The position numbers and the translations under genes were made by a program. A DNA stretch of 64,000 nt from an uncultured Candidatus Saccharibacteria bacterium (lineage in GTDB: Bacteria > Patescibacteriota > Minisyncoccia > Phycocordibacterales > UBA918), in NCBI GenBank assembly GCA_964618165.1, contig CAZTWW010000001.1, positions 499 to 64,498 of the forward strand. The letters run 5' to 3'. This document shows positions 29,801 to 38,211 of the stretch, one piece after another; the stretch's first letter is position 1; every line of letters starts with the position of its first letter. Under the pieces are notes generated by a model that searched no databases, was not told the origin of the DNA, and worked only from the letters and a program-made list of their open reading frames with translations.

Positions 29801-32800
29801 GTGCTGCTACATCTGTTGCATCCACCTACCGTCTTGAGTTTGGTCCACGGGTAACAACGTGTGATGCAGTGAGTGTCTGGACACCGGTCGGTGATGCGGC
29901 TGATGACTGGAATATGTTTGATTCGCCAGCGCTCATTAATGGTGCAAACACGACAAATATCGCTGTCGCTACTGGTGGAGTTACTGATCCAAATCCCACA
30001 TTCATTGTTGCTAATTCCGGTGTTCGTGACACTACTTCCACATCGTCGAGTCTCACTATCAGTACGACCGAATTTGCTGAGCTTGATTTTAGTATTACCT
30101 CGACGAATATCACCGCCTTTAATACAACCTATTGTTTCCGACTCACGGCTGAGGGTCGTCCGCTTCAGACCTATACACAGTATGCGCAACTCACGACCGC
30201 ACCGAAGCGTGACTACAAAGTGCAACGGGGTGTGACGGTGGTCGCGGGTCTGACGCAGACACTTACGGCTGGTGTTGATTACACTGCACCGAGTGCGTCA
30301 TCAACCGCATTTGTGCGCATTACTGATACGCATCATACCCCGCCAGGACGCACCACTGCTGGTGGTGGTGCACAAAACGCTGACGACTACACGGCCTACA
30401 TCAGTAATCCAACGAATATCACCACAAGCTTCACTATCTCGCGCCCACCAGCAGCGACGGGTAACACTCGCGTGACCTGGGAAATAGTCGAGTTTATTGG
30501 TGATGCTGGTACGGATAACGAAATGATTGTTCGCGGTGGTGGTGCAGTGAACTTTGCCTCCGCATCGACGAGTGCAACTGGTACGACAGTCTCTGGTATA
30601 GCCGATGATGCTGATGTGGTCGTCTATATCACTGGAATAGAGAACCGCGATATCGCGCGCAACCTCTTTTATGCACAGCAAGTGACCGCTGAGTGGGATG
30701 CGACAAATGATAGACCAATCTTTCGTCGTGGAGCCGGTGGAGCGATTATTAATGTTAGCTATGCGGTGGTTGAGTACACGGGTATAAACTGGCGCGTGCA
30801 ACGGGTCGAGCATACGTATGCCTCATCGACTGTAGTAGAGACAAAGCCAATCGATCCAGTAAATAGCTTAGCTCGTACCTTTATTCATACCCAAAAGCGC
30901 ATGGGGGCACTTGGTAACGTCAACAACTTTGGTCACGAGGTCTGGTTATCGAGTATAGGACAAGTGTCGTTCAATCTTGAACCAGCAGCTACTACTCCAA
31001 CTGGCCATGTATCGGTAGCGTGGGTAATTGAGAACCAACAAACGAGTGCTGGTGCCATGAAAGTGCAGCGTACCAATGGTACGACAAACGCGGGCACTGA
31101 GCCGGTAACACTAAGTATTTCACTCTTTACTCCGATTGAGTCAACTAATAATGCATCTATCTTCGGTATGTCGCGAGTAGTTGGTGCGAACACTAACTTC
31201 CCGCTTGTAAATGCTGGTCTTCGTATTACCGGCACCTCTACGTTTGAACTGTGGCGTAGTGAGGCTTCCGCTGAAATGACCTACCGAACAGAGGTGGTCG
31301 AGTGGCCAGTGAGTGGGCTTGCAGTGCGCCAAAACTACTATCGTTTTTATGTTGATAATAATGCACTAACGCCAGCTGATCCATGGCCACCTGGTCCTGT
31401 TGATGTTGGTGAAAATAGTCCGATTACGGCACTTGATGAACCACTTGGCGAGAGTGAGGTTGTGCGCCTCCGAATGTCACTACGAGTAGCTAACGCTATT
31501 TTGCCTGCTGGTCTTTATGATTTTAAACTACAATACGGCCTCCGAGTGACGTCTTGTAGTAGTGTCGGGACCTGGACTGACCTTGGTGCAGCCGGTGGTT
31601 CTGGTGCATGGCGCGGCTACGCTGCTACTGGCACTACCGATGGCACAGCACTCAGTATTAATCCACCTGATAGTGGCGACTTGCTCATTTCTGTCTCAGA
31701 TAGAGCTGGTAGTCTTGAGGAAGAGAATCAAAGTCCAGCTAACCCATATTTGGTTAACCCAGGAGAGGACCTCGAGTATGACTGGTATGTGCAACATAAC
31801 GGAGCGCTTTCTCGTAATACATACTGTTTCCGCATGGTTCGTAGTGATGGAACTCCACTCGATGGCTACCTCAACTATCCGCAGCTTCGTACTGCTGGGT
31901 ACGCACCTCAAACTAAAAATTGGCGCTTTTACGAAGATGCAGAACTTGAGACACCACTTTCACCACTATCTAGTGAAAATATCTCACCAATTGAAATTCA
32001 AAATCAAAACGTGATTGCACTTCGTGTGACGGTCGGTGAACGCAAGAATGTAACTGGGCAGAATGTGAAGTTCCGATTGCAATACGATGAAGATCCGAAC
32101 TTCACCAATCCAAAAGAGTTAGCAGCTACCTCGACCTGTACTGCTACCTCCACCTGGTGTTATGCCGATGGTGGTGGGGTAGATAATGCGACGATTACCA
32201 CTAAGGTGCTCTCAGACGCCGATTCATGCACAGCATCAGTTGGTAATGGCTGTGGTACGCACAATGAGAGTCCAACGTTTGTTCCAGGCTTTACCCATCA
32301 GCCAAGTGCCAATAAAGAGTTTGCCTTTTATATCCGTCATGCGGCTGCTCGTGCTGGTGCGGTCTACTACTTTAGACTGTATGAAGTGTTTGAAGACGTC
32401 CCTGTCCCGGTCGCGAGTGGGGAAGTTACACCAAGTCTCGTGGCAGAGACAGCTAAGCTCACACTTACGATTAATGGGCTTCCAAGTGGTACCACGACCG
32501 CAGGTATTACGACTACTGCTTCCTCAACGCCATCAACGGTGGCATTTGGCTCACTGCCGCTCAATACCGATGTGTATGCAGCGCATCGGATTGCGGTGAC
32601 GACGAATGCCACGGAGGGCTATCGGGTATTAGCATTTGCTCGGCAACAGCTCCTTAATGTGTATGGTACAGCGATTCCATCGGTGACCGGTACTAATGCG
32701 GTACCAACTGCGTGGTCGGTCGGTTGTAGTTTGAGCGCGTCTGGTTGTGTTGGGTACCACGCAACTGATGCTGTCCTTTCTGGCGGCTCAACCCGCTTTG

Positions 32801-32970
32801 CGGCACTTGATACGTATGCCGGACTTCATACGACACCGGCTGAAGTCATGTACAACCCTATACCAGCGAATGATGTTCATGATATTGTATATCGAGTTCG
32901 CGTTGGATCGACCCAGCCGGCAGGTAATTACGAAACCGAAATCGTCTATATTGCTATCCCTACCTACTAG
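26812..32970 (+). CDS. Giant surface protein (2052 aa): propeller-like N-terminus, two ~350-aa repeats, YCFR modules, class II WxL-like C-terminus
   Basis: Signal ending FAEA; duplicated 'YHWRN..RLRL..SNEG..GANTTNIAVATGGV..YCFR'; C-terminus 'IVYRVRVGSTQPAGNYETEIVYIAIPTY'. Confidence 0.9.
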   Translation: MWRFPMSFFCDCRRPVALLLLVVTFGLNLTILEYVTWPQFAEAAVVTVDATVSLDANAFFFGGSQTVFVSDQVGYKFYPDSTGQCVYSKTTNGAVSWNTPVIVDAQTDCASISVWYDQWTPNDYGTYIHIATMDTAAATDRLYYNRLDTTNDSLLLGTTPVVTSSNSGQGGTFVSGTNSVTVTKSTSNEVFMAVSDATDSFVVRCSTNCNLTTGWTEAGTAFMDLDNDWNILMPVSSGGVLLINRDISLDDIRSRFWNGSSWSVSWTNVDTNAVENATYDVSMAAVIDHTNGDIYLAYGADHDNYTTLDHDIRTAKFSSGSWTGTTAVFTNRALRGLHTVAIALDTNTSTVYVAYILRTTPGTATTGNVYWATSTSAMSAWSAERGPVNITAGDLRGLDLNLMSDERIYVTWQDPAPDDIFGETLADIAPITKLTASGTPSTTIVASTSNAYVGGKFVIRESVTSRNLTDILFTERGTIAADTALANVRLRYDLDTTAPYDCASESYAGTEPQYGLTDTDGFSSTNGTVSFAGLVNISPTQAFCGYVVLDVLDSALDGDTLAISVETPNTHVLVTGGVLVSPAGPVRFATSTLIQNDELTQTSYHWRNDNGTEAAATSATGGIANTPIAAILPNVPRRLRLQVSNEGSLTSPATAFRLEYAEATPTCDGATGWTDVGATNDAWNMSLSANLTEGANTTNIAVATGGVADENTTFLTPNGGVRESSSQTGSLTLLNTNFVELEYSIVASTSASEGSTYCFRVTNAGTPLPVYTQYPAATIAADVSVSASGTQATSLVIPSTVQHVGGQFVLRENTSNRNITSIMITENGTVDGAVGLDNIQLRYDLDTTAPQNCASETYAGTEAQFGVTDTDGFSGANGTSTFTGTLAVSTTSTVCLYVVFDVTGLAVNGETVQIEINSPANDVQVSTGSVSPSTPIALAGTTTLAGAVMTQTGYHWRNNDGGEATSTSATVGTENTILTEHLANSPIRLRLALSNEGAATSVASTYRLEFGPRVTTCDAVSVWTPVGDAADDWNMFDSPALINGANTTNIAVATGGVTDPNPTFIVANSGVRDTTSTSSSLTISTTEFAELDFSITSTNITAFNTTYCFRLTAEGRPLQTYTQYAQLTTAPKRDYKVQRGVTVVAGLTQTLTAGVDYTAPSASSTAFVRITDTHHTPPGRTTAGGGAQNADDYTAYISNPTNITTSFTISRPPAATGNTRVTWEIVEFIGDAGTDNEMIVRGGGAVNFASASTSATGTTVSGIADDADVVVYITGIENRDIARNLFYAQQVTAEWDATNDRPIFRRGAGGAIINVSYAVVEYTGINWRVQRVEHTYASSTVVETKPIDPVNSLARTFIHTQKRMGALGNVNNFGHEVWLSSIGQVSFNLEPAATTPTGHVSVAWVIENQQTSAGAMKVQRTNGTTNAGTEPVTLSISLFTPIESTNNASIFGMSRVVGANTNFPLVNAGLRITGTSTFELWRSEASAEMTYRTEVVEWPVSGLAVRQNYYRFYVDNNALTPADPWPPGPVDVGENSPITALDEPLGESEVVRLRMSLRVANAILPAGLYDFKLQYGLRVTSCSSVGTWTDLGAAGGSGAWRGYAATGTTDGTALSINPPDSGDLLISVSDRAGSLEEENQSPANPYLVNPGEDLEYDWYVQHNGALSRNTYCFRMVRSDGTPLDGYLNYPQLRTAGYAPQTKNWRFYEDAELETPLSPLSSENISPIEIQNQNVIALRVTVGERKNVTGQNVKFRLQYDEDPNFTNPKELAATSTCTATSTWCYADGGGVDNATITTKVLSDADSCTASVGNGCGTHNESPTFVPGFTHQPSANKEFAFYIRHAAARAGAVYYFRLYEVFEDVPVPVASGEVTPSLVAETAKLTLTINGLPSGTTTAGITTTASSTPSTVAFGSLPLNTDVYAAHRIAVTTNATEGYRVLAFARQQLLNVYGTAIPSVTGTNAVPTAWSVGCSLSASGCVGYHATDAVLSGGSTRFAALDTYAGLHTTPAEVMYNPIPANDVHDIVYRVRVGSTQPAGNYETEIVYIAIPTY

Positions 32971-32971
32971 T

Positions 32972-33958
32972 ATGAAAGCACTACTCATCTGTCTCGCACT
33001 ATTTATTACCGTACCGCAGTTTGTATTGGCAAACAGTTATAGTGTGACACCGCTTGTGATAGAGCGCGATGTGTCAGCGCGAGACATGCTCGAGGAGACC
33101 ATTAAGGTGACCAATACTGGCACGGTACCGGTGAAGATATTTCCGTCGGTCAATGCCATTACGCTTGGTGAAGATGGTTCGATTGAGGAGTTTATTGCGC
33201 CGGTTATGACCGATCAGACGACAAATGTTGCAAGTTGGCTCGCTATCTCTCGCGCTCGGATAGAGCTTGCTCCCGGTGAAACGAAGCGTATCCCACTTTC
33301 AATTACCATCAATCCCCAGGCAGTTCCGGGTGAGTACTATGCGCTTATTGGGTTTGGGAGTGGCGATAAGCGTGATGAAGCAGAGGCTGCAGTCATGGCA
33401 GGTCGCGCACCTGGTGTGACGGTCCGTCTCGCGATAGCTGATAAGAAAAACGAATACCTTCGACTGCATTCATTTGTGGTCGACCGCTTTGTCACCAATC
33501 CAGCTGAGAGCCTCGTGCGCTACGAGCTTGAAAATATCGGGGACACCCCAATATCACCAAAAGGTGAGATTATTATTTACGATGTGCGTGGTAAGGAGGT
33601 TGGAGCAGTATCCGTAAATGATGCTGGTGAAGTACTCGAGCCGAGTACTCGTCGAGAGTTTTCAGCAACACTACCCGCTACCGGTATTTATGGTCGTCAC
33701 AAAGCTTTTCTTAATCTTGAGTATGGTAGTACCCAGCGAGCAAATTTGTACGACACTACCTTTTTTACCGTAGTACCGATTCTTTATATTATGATTGCCT
33801 TTGGGGTGCTCCTCTTAACCACCCTTATACTCACGCTTTTGTATATCTTTAAGCAGCGTCGACACCATCATGTCGATGATGAGTCAGTCGCAATGTATAT
33901 CCGCGATGGGGTTCATAGTGATCTAAAAGACCATGACATCAATCTTAAACACAATTAA
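32972..33958 (+). CDS. DUF916/WxLIP-like membrane-anchored protein
   Basis: ATG 1 nt after the previous stop; 'YSVTPL', 'IPLSITINPQAVPGEYYALI', 'ENIGDTPISPKGEI', C-terminal TM. Confidence 0.75.
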   Translation: MKALLICLALFITVPQFVLANSYSVTPLVIERDVSARDMLEETIKVTNTGTVPVKIFPSVNAITLGEDGSIEEFIAPVMTDQTTNVASWLAISRARIELAPGETKRIPLSITINPQAVPGEYYALIGFGSGDKRDEAEAAVMAGRAPGVTVRLAIADKKNEYLRLHSFVVDRFVTNPAESLVRYELENIGDTPISPKGEIIIYDVRGKEVGAVSVNDAGEVLEPSTRREFSATLPATGIYGRHKAFLNLEYGSTQRANLYDTTFFTVVPILYIMIAFGVLLLTTLILTLLYIFKQRRHHHVDDESVAMYIRDGVHSDLKDHDINLKHN

Positions 33959-35564
33959 ATACTCGTTAGTCGCTATTTGTATAGGGATACCGTTTTACAC
34001 GCTTGCGCAACAACCAGACACGCAAACACTCACGGTGTCACCAACACTGTTTGAAATGCGGGCCGAGCCAGGTCAGGCCTGGACGAGTGAGCTCCGCGTC
34101 ATTAATGCCAATAATTATGAAATTACGGTATACCCAGAGCCGGTAAACTTCGCACCACTTGGTGAAGATGGTCGAGGTGACCTCATCCCTATCATGAGTG
34201 AAGAAACTGGCGGTCAAACGCTTGCTGAGTGGATCACGGTACCTGTCGAACCGGTTGTAATCCCACCGCAACAAACGGCCACCATACCGCTTCAGGTGAA
34301 TGTGCCGGATAACGCTGCTCCTGGTGGACACTACGCCGCCGTCCTTATCGGTACAAAGCCTCCAACAGAGGGTCGGCAAGCATCACAGGTTCAGACTGCA
34401 CAGTATGTAACCTCACTATTCTTTGTTCGTGTTGCGGGAGATGTGCGTGAGGTGGCTGATATTCGTGAGTTTACAACTGAGCCCTCGGTTGTCCAACGTC
34501 CTGAGGTGACACTCTCGCTTCGGTTTGAAAACACGGGTAATGTCCACGTACAACCCCAGGGAGATATTAAGATTTTAAATATGTGGGGACAGGAGCGAGG
34601 TCTTATTCCAATCAATCATCAAACCCACTTCGGTAATGTCCTACCTGATAGTGTTCGAAAATTTACATTCACCTGGAAAGGGGATACAGCACTTTATGAT
34701 ATTGGTCGTTACAAAGCGGTGGCAACACTGGGGTATGGCGTTGAAGGCAAGCAATTTGTGACGAGTACGACATACTTTTGGATTATTCCGTACACGACAA
34801 TTTTCCTCACGATTATTCTTGTGGTGGCAGTTATTAAAATCGGTGCGTGGCTCATTCGTCGATACATCGAGCGCATGCTTGCCCTCTCAGGAGTTTCTCC
34901 AGACACACGTCCATATGTACCACAACATATGCGTACTGGTACACTAGATTCGAAGACTGTTGTCATGCGTGGCAATTCTTATCAACGAGCAACGGCACCG
35001 GTGCGTGCGGGTTTCCTTGATATCCTGAAATCATGGCAAGCGGGAACTACCGTTAAGATGCGCCTCAAGTCACTCTTCCGTACGCTTCGTCATTACGCGA
35101 AGCTAATAGGAGCCTTCATCGTTGTGCTGCTAGCCTTTGTGGCAATTACCTATGTCATCGCGAGTATTATGAAAGAAGACACGCACTTTGAAGTTGCTAT
35201 CAATAGTCCTGGAGCCGACGTGGTTATGTCATCTGAAGAAATCTCATACAACGAGTTAAAGCTAGACGAAACATTCCCAGAAGAAAAAATAGCCACACCA
35301 CCAATTACCGTTGTAAACGCGAGCGGCAAGGTGGGTGCTGGTGCTCGTACGCAGATCGCTCTTGAGAAGGCTGGCTATAGCGTCTACGATCTTGATACTG
35401 ATGAGAGTCGCCAAGATGAGCGCACGATAATCGTGTACTCTGCTAAGGATCAAGAACTGGCACTGACGCTTAGCCGTCTCCTGACTGGAGCACTCCTCTC
35501 GGCACGTGAAGGTGAGGAGAATAGTATTATCATCTATGCTGGGAGCGACAGCCTCTCACGCTAG
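33933..35564 (+). CDS. DUF916/WxLIP-like protein fused to a LytR_C-like domain
   Basis: 'LTVSPT', 'VNVPDNAAPGGHYAAVL', 'FENTGNVHVQPQG', two TMs, then 'ITVVNASGKVGAG..LEKAGY..IIIYAGSD'. Confidence 0.8.
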   Translation: MTSILNTIKYSLVAICIGIPFYTLAQQPDTQTLTVSPTLFEMRAEPGQAWTSELRVINANNYEITVYPEPVNFAPLGEDGRGDLIPIMSEETGGQTLAEWITVPVEPVVIPPQQTATIPLQVNVPDNAAPGGHYAAVLIGTKPPTEGRQASQVQTAQYVTSLFFVRVAGDVREVADIREFTTEPSVVQRPEVTLSLRFENTGNVHVQPQGDIKILNMWGQERGLIPINHQTHFGNVLPDSVRKFTFTWKGDTALYDIGRYKAVATLGYGVEGKQFVTSTTYFWIIPYTTIFLTIILVVAVIKIGAWLIRRYIERMLALSGVSPDTRPYVPQHMRTGTLDSKTVVMRGNSYQRATAPVRAGFLDILKSWQAGTTVKMRLKSLFRTLRHYAKLIGAFIVVLLAFVAITYVIASIMKEDTHFEVAINSPGADVVMSSEEISYNELKLDETFPEEKIATPPITVVNASGKVGAGARTQIALEKAGYSVYDLDTDESRQDERTIIVYSAKDQELALTLSRLLTGALLSAREGEENSIIIYAGSDSLSR

Positions 35565-35606
35565 GTGTATACTTAGGGTACCTTTATTTGGTAATCACAA
35601 AAACCT

Positions 35607-36080
35607 ATGCGTCAAAGAGAAATTATCTTAGTCTGCGGTTTACTCGGAGCAATCGTACTCGGGATGTTTACCTACACCTACCTAGCCAAGCAGCAGCCAG
35701 CCCCAGTTGTGTCTGAGCCGGTCGCCGAAACTCCTACCCCAAGCCCACTTATTTCTCGAATCGAAGCCAAGCACTTCTATCGTGATGGTGTTCATACTAT
35801 AGTAGGCGAAGTCATGATGCCGACACCGTGTGATCTGTTGACCTACGAGTCACGGGTAGCTGAATCGCTCCCGGAGCAAGTCACCTTCCAGTTTGACGTC
35901 ATTAACAACAGTGAGATGTGTGCCCAGGTGATGACACCGCAGCGCTTTATGGTGAGTGCTACTGCGAGTGAGGCAGCAAATCTCTCCGCCACCTTTGCAG
36001 GGACTCAAATTGAGCTCAATTTGGTTGAAGCTGCACCGAATGAGACACTCGAGGATTTCGAGCTCTACTTTAAGGGATAG
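35607..36080 (+). CDS. Membrane-anchored hypothetical protein with a Cys pair (PTPC..CAQV)
   Basis: N-terminal TM, Pro linker, small beta domain. Confidence 0.75.
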   Translation: MRQREIILVCGLLGAIVLGMFTYTYLAKQQPAPVVSEPVAETPTPSPLISRIEAKHFYRDGVHTIVGEVMMPTPCDLLTYESRVAESLPEQVTFQFDVINNSEMCAQVMTPQRFMVSATASEAANLSATFAGTQIELNLVEAAPNETLEDFELYFKG

Positions 36081-36086
36081 ATTGTC

Positions 36087-36653
36087 ATGGATGCTCGATC
36101 GTACAAACGCACCACCATCATTTTTCTCGTTGTCATGGCAGCGGTGATTCTGGCTGCGGCATGGTTTACCTATGACACGGTCACTGAGCGTCAGGATATA
36201 GCCAGTGATGCCGGACTCGCGTTTATTGGTGAAGAAAACAATCCAAATCGTTATACCAGTATTACCGGTGCACCAGTCTCAATATCAGAAGCAGTTGGGA
36301 GCCAAAAGCTCTACGTCAATTCGTGGGCTAGCTGGAGTCCGTTAAGTCGAGACGAACTGATTGCACTTAATGAAATTGCTGGTGAGTACAAAGACCGAGG
36401 AGTCACGTTTATTGCCCTAAACCGTAAAGAACCAAAAGAACAGGCAGAACGCTATCTCACCACCTTACCACCGCTTGATAACCTCCAGATTGTGATTGAC
36501 ACGGAAGATCACTTCTATAGTCGCTCAGGTGGCTATGCCATGCCAGAGACAATTACCTATAACGAAGATGGCACTCTCGTGCGTCATGAACGTAACCCAC
36601 AAACCAAAGAGCAAATGCGGATTCTCATTGATGAGCTCTTAGCTGCTGAGTAA
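36087..36653 (+). CDS. TlpA/ResA-like membrane-anchored thioredoxin-fold protein with CxxC replaced by SxxS
   Basis: 'YVNSWASWSPLSRDEL..L..IA.EY..VTFIALN', cis-Pro 'AMPET'. Confidence 0.8.
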   Translation: MDARSYKRTTIIFLVVMAAVILAAAWFTYDTVTERQDIASDAGLAFIGEENNPNRYTSITGAPVSISEAVGSQKLYVNSWASWSPLSRDELIALNEIAGEYKDRGVTFIALNRKEPKEQAERYLTTLPPLDNLQIVIDTEDHFYSRSGGYAMPETITYNEDGTLVRHERNPQTKEQMRILIDELLAAE

Positions 36654-36719
36654 GTTGTACACGGTATCAGAACAACTTTGTCACACATTACGGTGGCTTT
36701 TCTGGTATAGTTTTGCTAT

Positions 36720-37775
36720 ATGGCTCGAGGGAGAATTATCGAGTATACCTTTTTCTTTAGTACGCTGGCGCTCGTTGGTTATATTGCGTGGCAAATATTT
36801 TTTCCGTTTCTGACGGCACTTGCCCTATCTGCGATAACCGTCATTATCTGTTATCCAATGTACCGCTTTATCTTGCGGTTCATTACGAGACAGAATCGAA
36901 CCCTGGCGGCACTGCTGGCTACCTTGGTAGTGTTTTGTGCAGTGGTGACTCCGGTCTCACTTGTTTCCACCCTCCTCGTAAACGAATTTGTTTCCTTTTA
37001 TCGCTCACTAGAGTCGACTGGTCAGCTTCCAATCGATACGATGATGACCGGTGTTGAAACAACCATCCAAACCTACATACCAACTTTTGATCTTAATCTC
37101 TCGGCCCAGATCCGTGAGAGTGTCTCGTGGTTTGCAGGCAATCTCGGTACTATCTTCGCCGGTACACTATCTGTTGTATTCACGTTCCTGATTGCTATGC
37201 TCGGATCATTCTATCTCTTCAAAGACGGTGAACGACTCGTTGCGTGGATGGTATCAGTTAGTCCACTGAAGGATACGGAAGACAAGGTTATTATGGATAG
37301 AATTGCTCGTTCTATTCGCTCGGTGGCGACTGGCACCGTGCTCGTCGCTATCCTCCAGGGTGTTGCAGCAGCCCTTGGTTTTTCTATCTTTGGTATCGAT
37401 AGACCTATCCTCTGGGGTACGATTGGTGCGCTCGGTGCACTCCTTCCTGGCTTTGGTACAGCAACGATTATGGTGCCAGCGGTTGGTTACCTTATCTACA
37501 TTGGAGAGTTTGGACCGGCAGTAGGTCTGGCTGTCTGGGGTATTGCGACGATGGTCATTGTCGACAACTTTATCAGTCCGTATCTCATGAGTCGAGGTAA
37601 TAATCTCCATCCGTTTGTAGTACTCCTCTCAGTACTTGGTGGTATTTCACTGTTTGGACCAATTGGCTTTATTATTGGTCCGGTGATGGTGAGTCTCTTT
37701 ATGGTACTCTTAGAGCTCTACAGTCTCTATGTGTCTGATGATAGATTGACCCCAACACGTAAAGCAAAGCGCTAA
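36720..37775 (+). CDS. AI-2E family transporter
   Basis: 'FYLFKDG', 'VDNFISP', 'LHPFVVLLSVLGGISLFGPIGFIIGP'. Confidence 0.92.
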   Translation: MARGRIIEYTFFFSTLALVGYIAWQIFFPFLTALALSAITVIICYPMYRFILRFITRQNRTLAALLATLVVFCAVVTPVSLVSTLLVNEFVSFYRSLESTGQLPIDTMMTGVETTIQTYIPTFDLNLSAQIRESVSWFAGNLGTIFAGTLSVVFTFLIAMLGSFYLFKDGERLVAWMVSVSPLKDTEDKVIMDRIARSIRSVATGTVLVAILQGVAAALGFSIFGIDRPILWGTIGALGALLPGFGTATIMVPAVGYLIYIGEFGPAVGLAVWGIATMVIVDNFISPYLMSRGNNLHPFVVLLSVLGGISLFGPIGFIIGPVMVSLFMVLLELYSLYVSDDRLTPTRKAKR

Positions 37776-37776
37776 T

Positions 37777-38211
37777 ATGATAGACAAGAATCAAATTGAG
37801 ACAATATTGAAAACTAATGGTATTCATCCAACTGCGCCTGATGAGGTTATTCGTTCTGTCCTCATTAGTGCCCGCTGGAACGACAATGATGTCGATACTG
37901 CCCTCATGGTTCTTAAAGAGAATACTGCGACAAATACCAGTCACGTTGATACGCTCCATCGTGTTTTTCATACTGATGAAAAGCTCTCGCCAGCAGACAT
38001 TAGTGCTATGTTGGGAGTAAAGGTGGCCATTGATGATAGTGACCTCAAAGATCTCCAAGCTGAACGTCGTCGAATCGAGAAGACTCAGATGCGTGCCTCT
38101 CTTATCCTGGCTTTCAGTATCGTGCTATTTGGGTTAACCTATCTATTGTATGTCGAAAAAGCTGGAGTTTTCCACCCGTCAGAAAATCCTCCTGTATCTC
38201 AGCCTCGCTAG
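37777..38211 (+). CDS. Hypothetical protein with C-terminal TM
   Basis: Operonic ORF 1 nt after the AI-2E stop. Confidence 0.65.
   Translation: MIDKNQIETILKTNGIHPTAPDEVIRSVLISARWNDNDVDTALMVLKENTATNTSHVDTLHRVFHTDEKLSPADISAMLGVKVAIDDSDLKDLQAERRRIEKTQMRASLILAFSIVLFGLTYLLYVEKAGVFHPSENPPVSQPR

Noticed and set aside
32747-32971. Extended N-termini in the ORF track (also 20908, 39230, 50817, 52839, 57569, 58508)
   Set aside because: Downstream ATGs give proper signal peptides or sit just after -10 boxes; the extensions overlap upstream genes or terminators
38150-38211. 62-nt overlap between the 144-aa ORF and the capA-like gene as a frameshift
   Set aside because: Both ORFs have their own TM segment and look complete; such overlaps are ordinary in compact genomes
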